This document shows positions 60,131-64,000 of a DNA stretch of 64,000 nucleotides, in pieces (within the stretch, counting starts at the first letter, position 1; the number at the start of each line of letters is the position of its first letter). The stretch lies in assembly GCA_963826535.1 (NCBI GenBank), contig CAWGXL010000008.1:2679-66678 (forward strand). The letters run 5' to 3'. Source of the stretch: an uncultured bacterium. Lineage in GTDB: Bacteria > Patescibacteriota > Microgenomatia > Levybacterales > UBA12049. The position numbers and the translations under genes were made by a program. The notes beneath the pieces were generated by a model that was not told the DNA's origin, did not search any database, and saw only the letters and a list, made by a program, of their open reading frames with translations.

Positions 60131-61090
60131 GTGGCGCGACTTCCGATGGGCACCGCCATCCTCCGGCGATACGTGCTGATCGGCGCCATCGGCCAGGGCG
60201 GCGTCTCGACCGTCTATTCGGCCGTCGATGCCCGCCGGGGCCGCAAGCTGGCGGTCAAGGTGCTCGCGCCGAGCCTGGCCGACGACCCGGCGGCGCGCGA
60301 TGACGTGCGGCGTGAGGCGCTGATCACCGATCGGCTCCGGCACCCGAGCGTGCCCCGGGTGTTCGAGTACGGCGAGGCGCCGCTCCCGGACGGCACGGTG
60401 GTCCCGTACGTGGTGCTGGAACTGCTGGCCGGGGTGCCGCTCACCGAGATGCTCGCCGACGGCCCGCTGGACTGGCCGGAGGCGGTGCGGATCGCGGCCA
60501 CCGCGGCGGACGTGCTGGCCGTGGCCCATCGCCGGGGGGTGGTGCATCGCGACCTGACCGCGCGCAACATCATGGTCACCCCGGCCGGCGTCAAGATCAT
60601 CGACTTCGGCCTGGCCACCGCGGCGTGCGTACTGCCGGGGACGGGACCACCGGACCGGGCATCGCCGCCTCGAGACCGGCGCCGGCACCGGTGGCCGCGC
60701 GGCCGGCGCGGGAACGCCGGCGCCCCGGGACGGCCGATCATGGTGCGCGCCGGCGAGCCGCGGCCGGGCCTGCCGTCGCATCCCAAGACCGCGTTCGCCC
60801 GGCCCACGGACGACGTGTACTCGCTGGGCACGCTGCTCTACGAGATGCTCACCGGCGAGTCGCCGTACCCGCCCGCGATCGCCGCCACCATCCTCGCCGC
60901 GGGCCGGGTGTCGCATCTGGCGCCGACCCCGGTGATGGCCGTGCCCGGCCTGCCGGCGGGGTCCGGGGGCTGGTCCGGGCCTGCATGGCCAAGAACCCCG
61001 AGTGACCGCCCGGCGGCGCGAGGTCGCGCTGTCGTTGTGGGTGATGCTCGATCGCGGGGGCGACCGGCTGCCCGGCCGTCGTACTAGCCG
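60131..61090 (+). CDS. Ser/Thr protein kinase (second copy), with at least one frameshift in the activation-loop region and near the 3-prime end
   Basis: GQGGVSTVY, LAVKVL, HRDLTARNIMV, IIDFGLA, DVYSLGTLLYEMLTGESPY; LVRACMAKNPE sits in another frame. Confidence 0.5.
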
Positions 61091-61868
61091 CGGTCTGCAC
61101 CCAGGGCGGCGGTCCCTCGAAGGCGAGCACGTGCACGTCGAAGAGGACCGCCGCCTCGACGCCGATCGCGGGTCCGCCCATCTCGGCGATCCAGGTGAGG
61201 AACGGCCCGGTCCGGGCCGCCCGCGCCGAGCCCCTTGGTGTACTCGGCGTGCGCGGCCAGCGACGCGATGCCCCGCTGCAGCGGCTCGCCGGTGACGTCC
61301 ACGCCGTGGGTCGGCTCGGCGCGCCGGCGAAGCCGACGTACCGCACGCCGCCCCACGGCTCGAGTCCCTCGTCGGCCAGCTCCGGGAAGATCCACCGGTT
61401 GCCGGCATCCCGGGCGGCGTCGAGCGTGGCCAGCCCCACCGCCCGGTGGTCGGCCTGGTTCGTGATGCCGCCGACCATCCGCACCGTGAGCCGCCGGTGA
61501 CGATGACCTCGGGGCGGTGCTGCCGGATGGCCCGGACGATGTCGCGTCGCAGCGCCAGCCCGTACTCGACGACCCCGTCCCGGTGGTCGAGGAACTCCAC
61601 GATGTCGACCCCGACCTCGCGGGCGCCCGGCGCGCTCCTCCGCCTCGCGCAGCGGCGCGGCCTGATCGGGGTGCATGCTGTCGATGCCGGCCTCGCCCCG
61701 GGTGGCCAACAGGTAGGTGACCCGCTTGCCCTGTGCGGTCCAGCGCGCGACGGCCGCCGCGGTGCCGTACTCGATGTCGTCGGGATGCGCGACCACGGCC
61801 AGGCAGCGCTCCCAGTCCTCCGGCAGCATGGGCAGCAGATCAGCCATGAGTCGGTACAGTCTCGTCAT
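61084..61868 (-). CDS. LmbE/PIG-L family deacetylase (MshB/Mca-like), multiple frameshifts
   Basis: LAVVAHPDDIEYGTAAAVARWTAQGKRVTYLLATRGEAG; FLDHRDGVVEY...IRQHRPEVIVTGG; HRAVGLATLDAARDAG...; HGVDVTGEPLQRGIASLAAHAEY, spread across frames. Confidence 0.5.
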
Positions 61869-61874
61869 CGGCCG

Positions 61875-62788
61875 ATGGATTCTGGTCGCTGCATCCGCAG
61901 GCCCGCGCCGCGCTCGGGCGTCCAGCAGCGCGTGCCGCTGACCCGCGACAACCTGGCCGACGTGCGGCAGCAGCATGGTCGACGCGGCGCCGGCCGAGGT
62001 CGGCCCCGGCCCTCGGTGCGGACGGTGGTCGACGTGGACGCCGGCGGCGTACCGGCCCGGCTCTACCGCGCGGTCGCGGTGCTCCAGTTGTCGTGTACGC
62101 GCACGGCGGCGGCTGGGTGATGGGCGGCCTGGACACCCACGACGGGCTGTGCCGGCGGCTCGCCGTCGAGTCGGGTTGGGCGGTGCTGGCGGTCGACTAC
62201 CGGCTCGCGCCCGAGCACCCGTACCCGGCCGCGCTCGACGACCTGCGAGCGGCGCTGGCCTGGCTGCGGGGACGGCGCCGCGGGCCCGCTCGACGCCGGT
62301 CGGGTCGCCGTGGCCGGCGACTCCGCCGGCGGGCACCTCGCCGCCGTCCTGGCCCGGCGCTGCCGCGACGGCGGGGTCCGGCTCGCCGGCCAGTTGCTGA
62401 TCTGCCCGGTCATCGACCCGGCCGGCGAATACCCGCCGCTCGACGACTACGGCCTGCACCGCGACGAGATGCGCTTCTTCTGGGACGCGTACGCCCCGCC
62501 CGGCGTCGACCGCGCGCATCGACCTGGACCCGTTGCGCGCCGACCTGGCCGGCCTGCCGCCGGCCGTCGTCGATCACCGCCGAACTGGACGTGCTCGCGC
62601 GACGAGGGCGAGCGGTACGCGGCCCGCCTCGGACGGCCGGCGTCCCCGTCGTCGCCGTCCGGTACCAGGGGCTGATCCACAACTTCCCGCGCAAGCTGGC
62701 CCTGTTCGACGCCGCCGGGGTGGCCGTCGCGCAAATCGCCGCCGCGCTCAGCGCACCGGGTTTCGCATCCGGATCGACTCCAGGTTGA
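61875..62788 (+). CDS. alpha/beta-hydrolase fold-3 (HSL-family) esterase/lipase, at least three frameshifts
   Basis: ARLYRAV...YAHGGGWVMGGL...DYRLAPEHPYPAA; nucleophile elbow GDSAGG; DVL..DEGERYAARL; GLIHNF. Confidence 0.5.
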
Positions 62789-63575
62789 GCCGTACGTCCC
62801 GGGCCTGGTCGGGGGAGCGGATCGGCGTGACCACCGCGTAGCCGTGCGCCAGCACCGGCCAGGTCGGTGCCCTCCTCGAGCTCCTCCTCGGCCGCCTGCA
62901 CCGCGGTCCGGACGAAACCCTCACCGGCCTCCGCGATGCTCATCTGCACCTGACCGAACCGGGCCAGCCGCGGCCCGCCGCAGCCCGCGGATGCCGTCCG
63001 GAGGCAGATCGGGCACGTTGAGGTTCAGCACCGTCCCGGCCGGCGTTGCGTCAGCGTGGGCAGCAGGCCGACGGCCAGCTCGGCCGCGGTCTCCCAGTGC
63101 CGCTTCTCGTCGTCCACTGGTCCAGGTCCGCGATCGCCGCGCCGCCGCTGGCCGCGGCCGCGGCGCCCGGGGTGAGCACGTCCAGCGAGACCGCCAGGCC
63201 GCGCAGCCGGCGTCGGGCGGTCAGGGCGGCGCCGACCGTACCCGAGTGCAGCACGGCCGTGCCCGCGTTGGCGCCCCGGTTCATGCCGGAGAGCACGACC
63301 TCGGCGGGTCGCCGAACGCCTCGCGCAGGGCGAGCATCGCGATGAAGCTGGTGAGGCGGCGACCGCGTACGCCGGCACGTCCTCCCCGGCAGCTCCCGCT
63401 GCTCGCACCACGATCTCCGTCCTCCTCCACCGCCGAGATGGACGCGCTGCTGCCGCTGGCCTCCTTGGCCGGCGCGGCGACCACCACGTCGTGCCCGGCG
63501 CGCTGCGCGGCGCGGGCGAGCGCGGATGCCCGGCGCGTCGATGCCGTCGTCGTTGGTGATGAGAAGCATCGTCAT
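62748..63575 (-). CDS. surE: 5-prime/3-prime nucleotidase SurE, frameshifted
   Basis: MTMLLITNDDGIDAPGIRA ... VVVAAPAKEASGSSASIS ... HSGTVGAA ... TDLAG..GYAVVTPI, in alternating frames. Confidence 0.55.
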
Positions 63576-64000
63576 GTGGTCCTTCCCGATCGTGGCGACA
63601 ACTCGACGCGGCCGGTGACCTCCGCGATGGCCTCGGCGCTGTCCGGTACCCAGCCCGTGCCGGGTCACGTTGAGCGCGCCGGCGGCGGCGCCGGTGCGGA
63701 CGGCCTCGCGCAGGTCACCGCCCTGGGCCAGCATGGCCGCCACGCCCGCGGTCATCGAGTCGCCGGCGCCGTGGTGGTCGGCCTCCTCCAGCCGGGGCGG
63801 GTCGACGACCAACACCTCGCCGTCGAGCAGGGCCAGCGCCGGCTGCTCGGCCCGGCTGATCACCACGGCGCCTCGGCCCCGCGTCGTGCAGCTCGTGCAG
63901 CGCCGCGATCAGGTCGGCCTCGTCGTCGGCGCCCGGCCGTCCCGGAGCAGCTCCTCGTCGCTGACCTTGAGGAACTCCACCCCGCCGTCGAGGACCGCGT
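63572..64000 (-). CDS. PfkB-family carbohydrate kinase, C-terminal part (start beyond window end)
   Basis: VVDPP...HHGAGDSMTAGVAAMLAQGGDLREAVRTGAAAGALNVTRHG (GAGD box); its stop overlaps the surE ATG (ATGA). Confidence 0.45.

Noticed and set aside
56705-63866. Long high-GC ORFs such as 56705..57499, 57199..57870, 59927..61600, 60214..60831, 60849..62519, 61446..62120, 62410..62949 and 63051..63866 taken as single genes
   Set aside because: At about 70 percent GC, stop codons are rare in all six frames. These ORFs are mosaics of real gene fragments plus antisense or off-frame read-through, and 56705..57499 even reads across the compositional junction. Calls were instead based on conserved motifs.
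56700-64000. The high-GC block as a naturally acquired genomic island in the low-GC host
   Set aside because: A difference of roughly 35 to 40 percentage points in GC, a gene truncated at the boundary with no stop, and the absence of any integrase, repeat or IS end at the border argue for a chimera rather than HGT.
1-64000. Retron, DGR or CRISPR-Cas components
   Set aside because: No reverse-transcriptase motifs (YxDD), cas-like ORFs or repeat-spacer arrays were seen in any frame.

Overview
This 64-kb window joins two compositionally unrelated parts. Bases 1 to about 56.77 kb are AT-rich (roughly one-third GC), Bacteroidota-like DNA dominated by a siphovirus-type temperate phage laid out in attP (circularly permuted) order. 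From 0 to 4 kb there is a glycan-modification locus of three SAM methyltransferases and a fused GT11 fucosyltransferase. From 4.4 to 30.5 kb come the head-tail connector, head closure and tail tube genes, a tail chaperone with a programmed -1 frameshift, the tape measure, two repeat-rich tail fibres, an HNH endonuclease, two tandem paralogous beta-helix depolymerase-like proteins, a split LuxR-HTH/receiver pair and a lysis cassette with an M15 peptidase. At 31.4 to 32.7 kb a tRNA 3-prime fragment is flanked by TTTTAGTAA repeats and a tyrosine integrase. From 32.7 to 55.8 kb there is an HNH-AP2 gene, a vestigial integrase C-terminus, a repressor/cro-like switch, RecT with a YqaJ-like exonuclease, an SNF2-N::DNA methyltransferase fusion, a primase-helicase, a NinG-like gene, TerS/TerL, the portal, and Mu-F-like and ClpP-like head genes, both frameshifted. 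No major capsid gene is present. At about 56.77 kb the sequence switches abruptly to roughly 70 percent GC, actinobacterial-type DNA encoding two Ser/Thr kinases, a STAS protein, a YdeI-like protein, an LmbE-like deacetylase, an esterase, SurE and a PfkB kinase. Almost every gene in this part is broken by 1-bp indels, and the junction cuts through a kinase gene without a stop. The contig is therefore most likely chimeric and/or of low quality at this end. No rRNA, intact tRNA or CRISPR array was seen. All calls rest on motif reading by eye; no database search was run.
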